Assembly (NCBI GenBank): GCA_013239625.1
Contig: MU054001.1
Location: 3,698,167-3,762,166 of the forward strand
Source: Lama guanicoe
Taxonomy: Eukaryota
Reading direction: 5' to 3'
DNA length: 64,000 nucleotides
In this document: positions 49,570-60,689 of the stretch, in pieces
Layout: every line of letters begins with the position of its first letter
How positions within the stretch are numbered: the stretch's first letter is position 1
The notes under the pieces: generated by a model
Told to the model about the DNA's origin: nothing
The model's input: only the letters and a program-made list of their open reading frames with translations
Database searches by the model: none
Made by a program: the position numbers and the translations under genes

Positions 49570-50165
49570 TCAGACACGTGGCCAGACAGATGCACATATA
49601 CATACATGTTCACTCACATCTACACAGTCCCAGAAATTCATACATGACACAGTCACAGAGAGACACACACTGGCAGTCCCATTCACACTGACACAAGCCA
49701 CACTGGACACACAGCAGGCATCCCAGACACACACCTGGGGACACATACTGATACACCCAGCCCCGGGCTTATGTACTTATGACTACACCATATGCTCACA
49801 CACAACGACCCAGTTACAGATCATTGCTGAGGTTTCCACTCAAACAGAGGTGCACACTCACAAAGACATGCACACACGTTCTCCAGCCAGACATCAGAGA
49901 CACACACTGTCCAGCTCGGCCACGAGACAGACCCAGGCACCACAATTAAACAGGCACAAACGATCCGGCACGAGCAGCCAGACCCGCAGAGACAGCACAA
50001 ACACACACCCAGGGATTCACACCCAGCCTCCCGCACAAACACACACCCAGGGATTCACACCCAGCCTCCCGCACACAGACAGGTTTGCACACTCAGACAC
50101 CAGCACACACTGCACATGTGCTGAGAACCAGCGCGCTCCCCGACGCACGTGCACGCAGGCAGACA
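49570..50165. repeat. Degenerate CA/ACAC-rich low-complexity tract containing a perfect 38-bp tandem duplication (49995-50070)
   Basis: Directly visible. The unit gcacaaacacacacccagggattcacacccagcctccc occurs twice. Confidence 0.9.
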
Positions 50166-50670
50166 CAGGCGCGCCCAGCACACCGGCGGCGGCCCCAGCC
50201 GGCGGTTCCCAGGCCCATGCTGCCACACAGTGGAGATGCAGCCTCCTCCCCACGCCCCTGCCCGCACCCCCGCACCCCCCCACCTCGGCCGAGGCAGTCA
50301 CATGGATGAAAAGACAAAAATATGGATGGGGCGGGGGAGGCGGGTAGTGAGAAAGGGAAGGGGCAGAAGATGAAATAATAATACTGCTGGGTTTGTTCAT
50401 TTCGGTGATAATTAGCGGTGCATTCACGCCGCCTCACCGGCCGCTCCCGGCTGATCCCGCGTGATGGATGCCTGGTGGTGCTGAATGCAAATTAGCATAA
50501 TTTCATTACCGAGGGACCCGTGAAAAGGTTCAATTATAGAGCAATCTCATTAATACCAGGGCTTGTTAAACTAATAGAAAGAGACAGGCCCCGCAGCACC
50601 GAGAGGTAGACATGTGCTCGGAATGCAATTAATGCTGGAACCCCTAGCGCCCGGGCCACGCCTGGCTCCC
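50125..50670. promoter_or_regulatory. Small CpG-rich island with an embedded enhancer-like core
   Basis: Dense CpGs (cgcg, ccggcggcggcc, ccggccgctcccgg). TGATGGAT at 50462, ATGCAAAT at 50485 overlapping an opposite-strand ATGCTAAT, and several TAAT/ATTA motifs. Confidence 0.55.
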
Positions 50671-52814
50671 TTCCACCAGCCCCCAGTGCCCTGCAGACTT
50701 GGGCTCCCAGAGGGACAGGGGCCCTGACCTCTATGGCCCTGAGCTTGATAAGTAGATGCCCATCAGAGAAGCAAAGCATGAAGGCTGGGTCAGCCTTTCC
50801 TAATCTAGTCTGAGGCCACAGATGGGAAGACTGAGGTCCGCAGAGGCAAGCGACTTTTCAAAAGTCAGTGGCAAGAGAGGCAGCAGTAGGGTGGGGGAGG
50901 GGCATCCAGGCGGAGGGAGGTGATGCTGATGGCTGTTTTAGGGACTGGCCTCCTGACAACCTCCCAGGAGTCTCTGCCACTGTGACTCAGTTTCTCCACT
51001 ATTGTGAAGGCCCGTGCGTCCCCCTGGTGTCCCCTCAAGTCCTCATACATCTTGGCAAAGCAGATGCACTTGCTTCAGCCCTTCCCCAGCTGGAGCCAGA
51101 CACTCTGCCCCCAGCTCCTCAAGGAGAGGGCTCTGTCGGAGCACCGCAAAGCGAAGCCATGGACCATTGGAGGGAGCAGAACTTCAGCACTGTTCCCTCC
51201 ATCTCCACTTCCATCCAACTCCTCCCGCCCCACGCATCCAGTCTGAAGACTGGAGAATCTAGAAGGCACAGCTCTCACAGAGGGAAGAAACTTCACTTTC
51301 TCCCTGGACCCCCAGGAATTGGATCAAGACGCCAGCACATTCTGCTGAAGATTTCTTAGGGATGTCATACTCACCCCCTTTTCTGACTTCAGCAAAAAGG
51401 GATCATGCTTGGCCTTCAACCTTACCCACTCCCGCCCTCAAGAACCCTTGACAATGACCTCATGCCTCAGCTCCCTTCCCAGACCTGGCATTGTGCACAT
51501 ACTGAGTTGGGTCATATGAATTTGCTGTATTTTTTATCACCTCTGTAATATTTGATTTTTTTGCTGCAATTGTAAGTAAAACAGCACAAGTCCCAAAATA
51601 CCCCCAAGCTGGAGAATGACTCACACTGTATATTACTGAACACATAAAAATATGCGGTGACTCAGAAGGGCCCAGCAGAAGCGACAACCCCCACAAAAGG
51701 CCCATTGTTCAGATTTTAAAGGTAAAAGAGGGGGGCTACCCAATTACAAACTCTGGCTCGGGCTGCTGACACTTATCAAATGCCCATTGGTCTGTGGTCT
51801 GTTTGGGTTCTCTCTTTTTTCTAATGATACAAGGAAGCCAGATAATTCTGAAGAGAAAGCTCCCCTCGAAGCCTTCACTTCTGTTTCAAAGTGCAGATGG
51901 GGAAGATGGAGAGGCAACATCAGAGACCGTCTGGCCGAAGGACCCCAAGAAGCTGAATGTCCACAGGAAGGACTTCTGGCCACACTGACCCCCTGTCCCT
52001 TGCAGGGGACCATGCCAGAGCCTGAGGTGGGGGGCAGAACACAAGAGGAAAGGAACCAGAGGCCCAGGAACCTAGGACAGCCATGGCCACCAGTCCCCGC
52101 AGGCATGTGCTTGGACATCAGGAGAAGGGGCATGTGGAGCTGCAGGGAAGCCTGGAGCGCCTCCTCTGACCAGAAGGGCTTTGGGAGTCGCAGGAGGGGC
52201 AGCTGGCCCTGCGGTGCCAAGAAACAAAGGAGGAGGTGATGTCCCTGAAGTTTGAAGTTCAGAAGGTAAGGGCCGGAAGTGCTGGAGATCAACAACAGGA
52301 GGCCGCGGTGAGTGGAGGCGGCGTGAGCGTGAGCGCAGTCCTCAGCTATCATAGCAGAAAGTCAATAGATAATAATGTCTAAAACTGATGAATCAGGAAA
52401 TAGTGGCAGACATGCATTATTTAGAGATATGGGCAGCGCTGGGAGCGAGTGTGGAAAGGAAGGAGGCTGGGCTTTGCGTGGGAAGCCACACAGCACTTCT
52501 TTATTGTTTGAAATATATTCTTCAAAATTTGTTATGTATACTCCTGACAGTGGCTCTGCTTCACCCATCCCCATCACCCTGAATGGTTTTAGTCACTCCC
52601 TGAGCACATGAGAGGGGGTGTTGCCTGTGCCTGGTGTGTGAGTGTGTGCGTACACGTTCACACCATTCTATGCATCTTGTAAATCATTCACTCTACTGGG
52701 CAGACAACCACCCACCCTCTTTCCTCTTTGGGTCTCAGGCTTTCTTATCTGTATATCTGGAAGCTTGATTGAGGGGCCTTTCCCTTCTAACAGTCTGAGG
52801 TTTTGTGAGAAGTT

Positions 52815-52935
52815 TAAAGCCAGAAGACCCAGATTCTAATCCCGGTTCTGCCACTTCCTAGCTGTGTGACCTTGAACAAGTCACTCACCCACTCTGCATC
52901 AGTTTTTCTCATCTCTAAAATAAGCAGGCTAACTT
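52815..52935 (+). mobile_element. MIR SINE
   Basis: 'ttctaatcccggttctgccacttcctagctgtgtgaccttgaacaagtcactcacc...cagtttttctcatctctaaaat'. Confidence 0.88.
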
Positions 52936-53289
52936 CAGAGTCACCACAGGGATCCAGTGGAGAACAATGGGTATGAGAGTGGCTTGCCAGCTTCGCAAAT
53001 CTGTGAGGTTGTGTAAATCCATGGGGTCTCTGTGGGCAAATCCTCAGTTCTCAGGCTCCATTGATTCAAATGGTGCATCTCTGCCTCCTGTTCCATTGCC
53101 TTCTTCCACTGAGTCTTCTTTTCCATCATCTCCTCCCCTACTTTTGGTGACCACTGGAAAGAAGCAGATTAAAAGCTTGATCTACAGGGAAGGACCAGGA
53201 GACAGAGAGGAGCAAGATGAGGAAGGGAGATGACCAGGAGACAATGGGTAGATGGATGGAGGACAGAGGGGCACCAAAAGTGACTCTGA

Positions 53290-53760
53290 GTTAATGAGGA
53301 CTCTTTGGGCTGAGTCACAGAACCCAATTCAAACTGGTTCAGGTGAAAAACAGCATTGATTGGCTTATTTAACTGGGAGCCCAACACCATGTTCAAGCAT
53401 GGCAGGATCCAGGGGTTCCATGTCACTCTGTGTCTCTCTCCAGGTCTCTAGTTCTACTCTTCTCTATCAGTTAAAATATCAAACAGGCTTGTTCCAAGTG
53501 GAAGGGAGGATGGTCTTCCCTGGTCTTACAGCTTCTGATTTCAGAAGCTCCTCTTTCCCAGCACCACTGGTGGTTTCCCCCAAAGGAACTCTGATTGGCC
53601 CTCCTTGAATCACATGGCCAGTTCTGGACCAACCACTGTTTCCAGGCAGGTGAGGCCTCCTAATTAGCTGGCTGGAATCACATGACCTGCCCTGGGGCAG
53701 AGAGGCAAGATCCTTGATTGGAAGGGGGGAAAAGGCAGTCCCCAAAAGAAAGAAAAGGGG
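53290..53760 (-). mobile_element. MLT1J/K-like MaLR LTR
   Basis: 'aggactctttgggctgagtcacagaacccaattcaaactgg...ggatccaggggttc...ctctgattggccctccttgaatcacatggcca...accaaccactg'. Confidence 0.75.
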
Positions 53761-53961
53761 AGAGGGAAGGGAGGGAAAAATTATCCAAAGGCTACTTCCC
53801 ATGCCAAGGTTCTTAACCTGGGAGTGAGGTTTTGGGAAAGGAGAGCAAGGTCATCCCTGATGCTCCAATGAGACTCTTCCCACCACCACCCCATTTTCTG
53901 CTGCCCAAGGGCTACATCTCTTCCTGCCCTTGACCTGGGGTGGAAGAAGGTCCCTGTGGGC

Positions 53962-54355
53962 TTGTTTATTGAGCACTCACTATCTGCTAGGCACTTTAGC
54001 TGCACCATCTCATTTGATCCTTATTCCAAATCTGATTTATCCCTATTTTGCAGAAAAGGAAATCAAGGCTCAGAGAGGTTAAGTAACCCACCCAGGACAC
54101 ACCATTCAGAAGCAGCAAGTGTGCATCAAACTCTAAATCCTATGTTCTAACCACCAGGCTCTGCTGTGTATAAAGAGTTCATATTTATTTTACAAATACC
54201 TCTGTGGTTTGTGCTAGGGGCCAGCAACTGTCCAGAGTACTCATTCTACATGCACCACCCCACTTCATCCTCACAAAGTCCCATGAGGCAGATACTTTTG
54301 TTATTCCCATTTTACAGATAAGGAAACAGGTACAGAGAAATTAAGCAATTCATGC
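53962..54355 (-). mobile_element. Two adjacent MIR SINEs
   Basis: 'tttattgagcactcactatctgctaggcact...aggctcagagaggttaagtaac' and 'attcccattttacagataaggaaacaggtacagagaaattaagcaatt'. Confidence 0.88.
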
Positions 54356-55279
54356 CAGCGCCTGGCCAAGCTCCTTAGGGGATGCATCTGATTGCTCTGC
54401 AGGCCATGAAGATACTGTGAGCTTTTGTTGAATGGCATCCATTCTGGCGGCAGGAAGCTCTGCAAAGAATTCAGCACACTGACTGCCCCAAACCCCTGAC
54501 ATCAGGAATGAAGAGGCCCCTCTCAGTGCTTCAGTTTCTTCATCTGTAAAAGGGGCTCAGACATGAGAGCAGGGGAACAGGGGATGAGAGCCGTCAAAGA
54601 AAACAGAGACACGACACCAAAGAGAGACACACAAAGAGGAGACAGAATCACACAGAACCTGAGTGGGCACACAAAGCCCTGCTACCACGCCCAAAGCACA
54701 GTGGGGCGGGGGTCTCCCAGATGAGCAAGGGAGGAAGGAACCCCCAGGCTGGGCCTCCACAGCCCAGATGGCTGTGCCTTTCCTGCTGGCCCACTGCCCA
54801 GCAGGCCTACAGCAAGTCACTGTGCAGACCTCTCTCTAAGACCGAGGAGAAGGGACAGAGTCGGTGGGTGGGGGGAGATGCTTGGAGATAAAGACAAGAC
54901 TTCAGGCGAGCCAGGGGTCCAACCTCAGTCCCTTCCCCTAGGAATGCCCCTCCAGAACAGAAAAGCCCTTCTTGCCGTCCTGCCTGCTCTCACACCTGCC
55001 ATAGCGCCCCAGTCCCCAGCAGAAACAGACACATTCCAGCTGACCTCATGGCCCTTCACCACCTCTCCCCACCACACCCTCTGCCCTTGGACAAAATACC
55101 CACATCTCCCTACTCATCGCAGGATGTTTGGCTTCCGAGCCTTTGATTCACTGAGCTCACTCCAGTTCCCCATCTGTGCCTCAGTTTCCACTAAAATATC
55201 ACTTAAGTATCCATCTGCAAATGTGAATAATGGTAGTACCTATATCCCCATATTACAGAGGGCAATCTGCTTTACCATG

Positions 55280-55398
55280 CTAATCAAAATGTCAATCGCA
55301 TCTAAAAACAACCTCGCAGAAACACTCAGAATAATGTCTGACCAAATATCTGGGCACCCCATGGCCCAGTCAAGTTGATACACAAAATTAACCATCGC
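55280..55398 (-). mobile_element. MLT2 (ERVL) LTR 5' fragment
   Basis: 'cagaataatgtctgaccaaatatctgggcaccccatggcccagtcaagttgatacacaaaattaaccatcgca' is the reverse complement of the MLT2 start. Confidence 0.9.
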
Positions 55399-55734
55399 AA
55401 GCAGGTCAGGTGTGGGTTGCCAGCTAGCCCCCGCCGGCAGTGGGGTGGGTCTTGATGGAAATACGACCAGGCCTGGGTCTCAGGTGGAGTGCCTCCACCC
55501 CCACCTCTGCCTCTGGACCTACAAAGCCAGGCACTGTGCCATGTCGCGGGGTAAGTGCCCATCTGGGATTAGCCGAGACCTCCCCCCACCGGCACAATCT
55601 GAGGTAGCGCTGGTGTCCCCAGGGTGTCCCCAGTAAGCATGGTCCTTTCTGATAAGCACACTCTGACCACCCTCTGGGCACCTGCTTCCTGTCACAGTCA
55701 AAGTCTGTTTCTGACTCCCTCTGGACCTCCACAG

Positions 55735-55950
55735 CAGTGGAGGGAGAGAGCAAGGATTTGGAAGCCAGCCTCGCTACTTTCCCACTCTGTAACCTTGAGA
55801 AAGTACTTCAGCTCTCTCTGCCTCAGTTTCCTTACCTATAAATTGGAAATAATAATGATATCTACCTCACAGAATATCTTGAAGGGTCACTGAATAATAC
55901 ATGCATGGTCCTATGTAAACTGGTAAATAGGAAGGCCTGAATAATTATTT
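55735..55950 (+). mobile_element. MIR SINE
   Basis: 'ctgtaaccttgagaaagtacttcagctctctctgcctcagtttccttacctataaattggaaataataatgatatctacctcacag'. Confidence 0.88.
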
Positions 55951-56199
55951 AGAGAGTCAAGTATTATTATTTTTAAACTGGCCCGAGCACACCAAAATCA
56001 ATTGGTGACTACTGACAGTTTTACATAAGAAATCCATCAGTACATTGTTCCATTGGTCTTTTTTACCACTCCAAAAATAAATAGAGGTTAATTTCTGAAG
56101 TCTAAAAACCCCAAGCTATAAAAGAAAAATATTTTTTTAATCCTCCAATACTTTTTGAGGATTTAAAAATTAAAACTTATTTTTGGCATCTGATAATAA

Positions 56200-57205
56200 A
56201 CAAAATCAGAGCAAAGCCAAAAGGTCAATAAACATATGGAAAGATGTTCAAACTTTGGGCTATGCAAATTAAAATAACAAGAGGATATAATTTTTCAACC
56301 ATCAGACTGGATTATGTAGTTTAAGTGCAGTAACATCAACTGCCAAGATGATGTGAGGAAATGAGTTCAAATCTAGGAAATGGGAGTTATTTTAGACTTT
56401 TTGTGTTTTTATTTTTTTTAGGGGGGGAGGTAATTAGGTTTATCTATTTATTTATTATTTTTGGTGGAAGTACCAGGGATTAAACCCAGGACCTCTTGCA
56501 TGCTAGGCATGCACTCTACCACTGAGCTATACCCTCCCCCTATTTTAGTGTATTCTAGCCACAGTCATTATAATGTAAAATACATATATCCTTTGACCTG
56601 ACACTCTCTATCCAAGAAATAAATCTTATATAATAAAAACACTGATCCCTAAGAACATATATTTGCTCATCAAACAACTGTTCACCATGATGAGACACTA
56701 GGTGCCTACCAAGTCATCAATGGATGGCTAATATCCATCTGATGCAGCCATTAAAAAGAATAGATTAGAGCTATGCCAAAATCAGGGGGATTTCTTCAAG
56801 GTATTGAAGAGTATGAAAAGCAAAAAGTAGGAAAACATGTATAAAATGATCCCATTTTTGGTAAAATAAATAAAAAGTCCAAATTCATGCAGCTATGTAA
56901 ATATTTGTGTTTACAAAATTAAAATTATTAAAAACATAAATGCAAAAAAAGTATATGCTATTTTTAGATACATATTTACACATAGAAAAGCATAAAGATA
57001 GTCTGTCTAGAAGGTTAACCACCAAAATAGTGAGAATCATGGTCTCTGGGGAGTTGGGGAGGGATTAAATGGTCTTTAGCTTTATTTTTAATACCTTATT
57101 TCTCTGATAAAAAGCAAACTATAAGCAAATATGAGAAATAGTTGAGTGGTGGGGGAGGGATGTTTGTTACATTATTCTTTGAAATAAAAACAAGAAAGTT
57201 AAATA
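56200..57205 (+). mobile_element. Ancient L1ME-like 3' region interrupted by a SINE
   Basis: 'caataaacatatggaaagatgttcaa...atgcaaattaaaataacaag...accatcagactgg', 'tatcctttgacct' and 'atgcagccattaaaaagaat'. Confidence 0.7.
56396..56540 (-). mobile_element. tRNA-Ala-derived SINE (camelid vic-1 type), full length with TSD
   Basis: Reverse complement reads GGGGGAGGGTATAGCTCAGTGGTAGAGTGCATGCCTAGCATGCAAGAGGTCCTGGGTTTAATCCCTGGTACTTCCA...CCTAATTACCTCCCCCCC plus an A-tail. Perfect TSD tattttag at 56388-56395 and 56541-56548. Confidence 0.93.
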
Positions 57206-57223
57206 AATCCGACTATATATCCT

Positions 57224-57595
57224 GCCTTAGTCCACTCAGGCTGCTATAATACCATAAACTGGGTGGCTTATAAACAAGAAAAGTTTATTTCTCACAGTTC
57301 TGGAGGCTGGAAGTCCAAGATAAAGGCACCAGCAGATTCAATGTCTGGTAAAATTCCACTTCCTGGTTCATTGACCACTGTCCTCTCACTGCACTCTCAC
57401 ATCGTAGAAAGGACAGGGAGTTCTCTGGGGCCTCTTTTATAAGGGCACTATTTTCATTCATAAAGTCTCAACTCTCATGACCTAATCACTTTCCAAAGGC
57501 CTCACCTTCTAATATCATTACCTTGGGAGTTAGGATTTCAACACATAGATCTGGGGGGAGGGGGGAGGTAACATAAACATTCAGTCCATTCCACA
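57224..57595 (-). mobile_element. MLT1A-type MaLR solo LTR
   Basis: 'cttagtccactcaggctgctataa...tttatttctcacagttctggaggctggaagtccaagat...ggcctcttttataagggcact...ttaggatttcaaca...aacattcagtccattccaca'. Confidence 0.92.
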
Positions 57596-58950
57596 TTCAT
57601 TATATAATCAGATGTCATTAAAAGTGTTTGTTCTGGGGGCAGTCCATAGATCTACCACGTACAGTCTCCCCATTTGTACAATGGGCATAAATGATAATAT
57701 GCACAATGGGTTGTTGAGAGGGTCAAATGAAAGAATGCATGTAAGAGGGTCCAGCCCTCAGCCAGTGTCAGTGGGCCCTATCTCCCCAGGCACTTGAGTA
57801 GATGTTTGCAAAGATGCTTTGGTGCCCCTCCCATGGGGCAGCTGATAATTTGGCCCATGCATGGAGGCCTGGGTGGCCAATCTGAACTCGGGCATTCTCA
57901 GAAGGCTAGAGGTAGAATGAACATCACAAGAAAGGAAAACTACAGATAATATCTCTTATGAATACAAATCTAAAAATCCTCCACAGAAATATTAGCAAGC
58001 TGACTGCAGCAACATATGAAAAGAACTATATGCTATGACCAAAAGGGATTTATCATAGGAATGCAAGGTTGGTTCAGCATCTGAAAAATCAATGAGCATA
58101 ATACATCATATCAACTGAATAAAAAAGAAAAATCTTGTGATCATCTCAATTGACATCAAATAAGTATCTGACAAAACCCTATATCTTTTGATGGTAAAAA
58201 GACTCAACAGGCTAGGAATAGAAGGGAACTTCCTCAACCTATTAAAGGACATCTGCAAAAGTCCCACTGCTAACATCATACTCAATGGTAAATGATTGGA
58301 TGAATTCCCCCTTCGATCGAGAACAAGGCAAGGTTGTCTGTTCTCACTACTTCTATCCAATGTTGTGCTAGAGGCTCTAGTCAAGGCAATAAGGCAAGTA
58401 AAGGAAATGAAAGGCATTCAGATTGGAAAAGAAAAAGTACAAACTATCTCCATTCACAGACACGACCTTATATACAGAAAATCCTAAGGAATCCACTAAA
58501 AACAGTTAGAACTAATAAAAGAGTTCATCAAGGCTGCAGGACACAAGATCAATATATAAATATCAATTGTATCACTCTATACTTGCAAAAAATGATCCAA
58601 AATGAAATGTTTAAAACAGTTATATTAGCAATAGCATTAAAAGAATAAAATTGAATAAAATAGGAATAAGTTAACAAAAGAAGTGCAAGACTTGCACACT
58701 GTAAACAATAAAACATTGTAAGAAATTTTAAAAGATTTAAATAATTGGGAAAAAAACCCTACATTCATGATTTGGAAGACTTAATACTTTTAAGATGGCA
58801 ATTTCCCAATCTGATATACAGTACAATTCCCATCAAGATTCCAGATGACTTCTTCATAGAAATTAACAAACTGAGTCTAAAATTTATATAGGATAGCAAG
58901 GAATGGACCATGGTGGACAGCAAAAACAATTTTGAAAAAGAAAACAAATC

Positions 58951-59625
58951 ATAATAGTTTTCTTAGGTCAGTCTCCTAAGGTAATAGCAATAAAAGCAAA
59001 AATAAATAAATGGGTCCTAATCAAACTTTAAAGCTCTTGCACAGAAAGGAAATCATAAACAAACAACAAAAATGGACTGGGAGAAAATATTTGAAAACAA
59101 TGCAACCAATAAGGGCTTAATTTCCAGAATATACAAATGGCTCATACAACTCAATAACAAAAACACAAACAACCCAATCAAAAAATGGGCAGAAGATCTA
59201 AACAGAAATTTCTTCAAAGAAGGCAGACAGATGGCCAATAGGCACCCAAAAAGATGCTCAACATTGCTAATTATCAGAGAAATGCAATTTAAAACTACAG
59301 TGAGTTATCACCTCACATTGGTCAGAATGGCCATCATTAAAAAAGGCCACAAATGATAAATGCTGAAGAGACTGTAGAGAAAAGGGAACCTGCCTACACT
59401 TTTGGTGGGAATGCAGTCTGGTGCAGCCATTATGGAAAACAGTATGGAGATTCTTAAAAAACTGAAAATAAACTTACCCTATGATCCAGCAATCACACTG
59501 GATATATATCCAGAGAAAACTAATTCAAAAAGATATACACTGTTCATAACAGCACTATTTATAATAGCGAAAACATGGAAGCAACCTAAATGTCCATTGA
59601 GAGATGAATGGATAAAGAAGATGTG

Positions 59626-59676
<51 letters not shown>

Positions 59677-60142
59677 TAGATAAAATGGAATATTAGTCAG
59701 CCATAGAAAAGAATGAAATAATGCCATTTACAGCAACATGGATGGACCTAGAAATTACCATATTAAGTGAAGTAAGTCAGACAGAAAAAGAAAAATATCA
59801 TATCACTTATATATGGAATCTAAAATATGGTACAAACCAACTTATTTACAAAACAGAAACAGACTCACAGACATAGAAAACAAACTTATGGTTACCAAAG
59901 GGGAAAGGGGGTAGGGGAGGGATAAATTACAAGTTTGGGATTAGCAGATGCAAACTACTATACATAAAATAGATAAACAACAAGGATCTACTGTATAGCA
60001 CAGGGAACTCTATTTAATAGCTCATAATAACCTATAATGGAAAAGAACATAAAAAAGAATATATATATGTATAACTGTATCACTTTGCTGTACATCTGAA
60101 ACTAACACAACATTATAAATCAACTATACTTCAATAAAAAAA
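58951..60142 (+). mobile_element. 5'-truncated cetartiodactyl-type L1 (ORF2 C-terminus plus 3'UTR)
   Basis: ORF 59072-59356 ([20 protein letters not shown]...[13 protein letters not shown]...[11 protein letters not shown]) and ORF 59402-59626 (LPYDPAI...IAKTWKQPKCP) are L1 ORF2. Ends 'aaatcaactatacttcaataaaaaaa'. Confidence 0.93.
59627..59682. repeat. Compound (GATA)n(GACA)n tetranucleotide microsatellite
   Basis: Directly visible within the L1. Confidence 0.95.
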
Positions 60143-60689
60143 GAACCAAGTCGAAAAACTCACACTTCCTGAGTTCAAAACTTCCTACAAAGCTACAGTA
60201 ATCAAGACAGTGTGGAACTAGCACAGGAGAGACATGTAAGTTAATGGAACAGAATTCAGAGACCAGAAATAAACCAGCAAATCTATGGTCAACTGATATT
60301 TAACAAGAGTGTCAAGACCATCCTTTTCAACAAATGTTGCTGGAAGAACTGGATAGCCAAATGTAAAAGAATGAAGTTAGACCCTCACCTCACACTATGT
60401 TAAAAAAGCAATTCAAAATGGATCAAAACCTTAATGTAAGAGCTATAACTATAAAACTCTTAGACAAAAACAAGGGGTAAATATTCATGACCTTGGATTT
60501 GGCAGTTCCTTACCTTTCTTACTCATCTCTCATGGCTGTGCCTTAGGACAGTGCATAACATGGGGTAAGTACCAAGAGAGTCAATGTTGAATGCCTAATG
60601 TTTCCTCTACAGGAGCAAGAATCAGAGTCTCCTCTGGATACATGCCCAGGAGTGGGATTGCTGGGTGGGGGTTTGGGCACACAGGCCCT

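Larger units (their letters stand above)
57920..60510 (+). mobile_element. Older L1 ORF2 (RT region) fragment split by a younger L1 insertion
   Basis: ORF 58296-58487, FPLRSRTRQGCLFSLLLSNVVLEALVKAIRQVKEMKGIQIGKE, is L1 RT. The sequence resumes colinearly at about 60143 ('actcacacttcctgagttcaaaacttcctacaaagctacagtaatcaagacagtgtgg'). Confidence 0.92.

Noticed and set aside
49995..50075. Direct repeats of CRISPR-like length (38 bp)
   Set aside because: Only two abutting copies with no spacers, no cas genes and a mammalian context.
49502..50347. Longest ORF (281 aa, + strand)
   Set aside because: Thr/His/Gln-rich translation of a CA-rich low-complexity tract that lacks stops for compositional reasons. 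It has a non-ATG start and no recognisable domain.
1258..53802. Shared peptide GHVIQGGPIRV in ORFs 1258-1536 (+) and 53479-53802 (-)
   Set aside because: Both lie in copies of the same MLT1-type LTR family in opposite orientation, so the match reflects repeat homology and not paralogous genes.
58296..59626. ORFs with reverse-transcriptase / L1 ORF2 similarity
   Set aside because: Short frameshifted fragments from two different dead L1 insertions; not a functional gene or a novel RT system.
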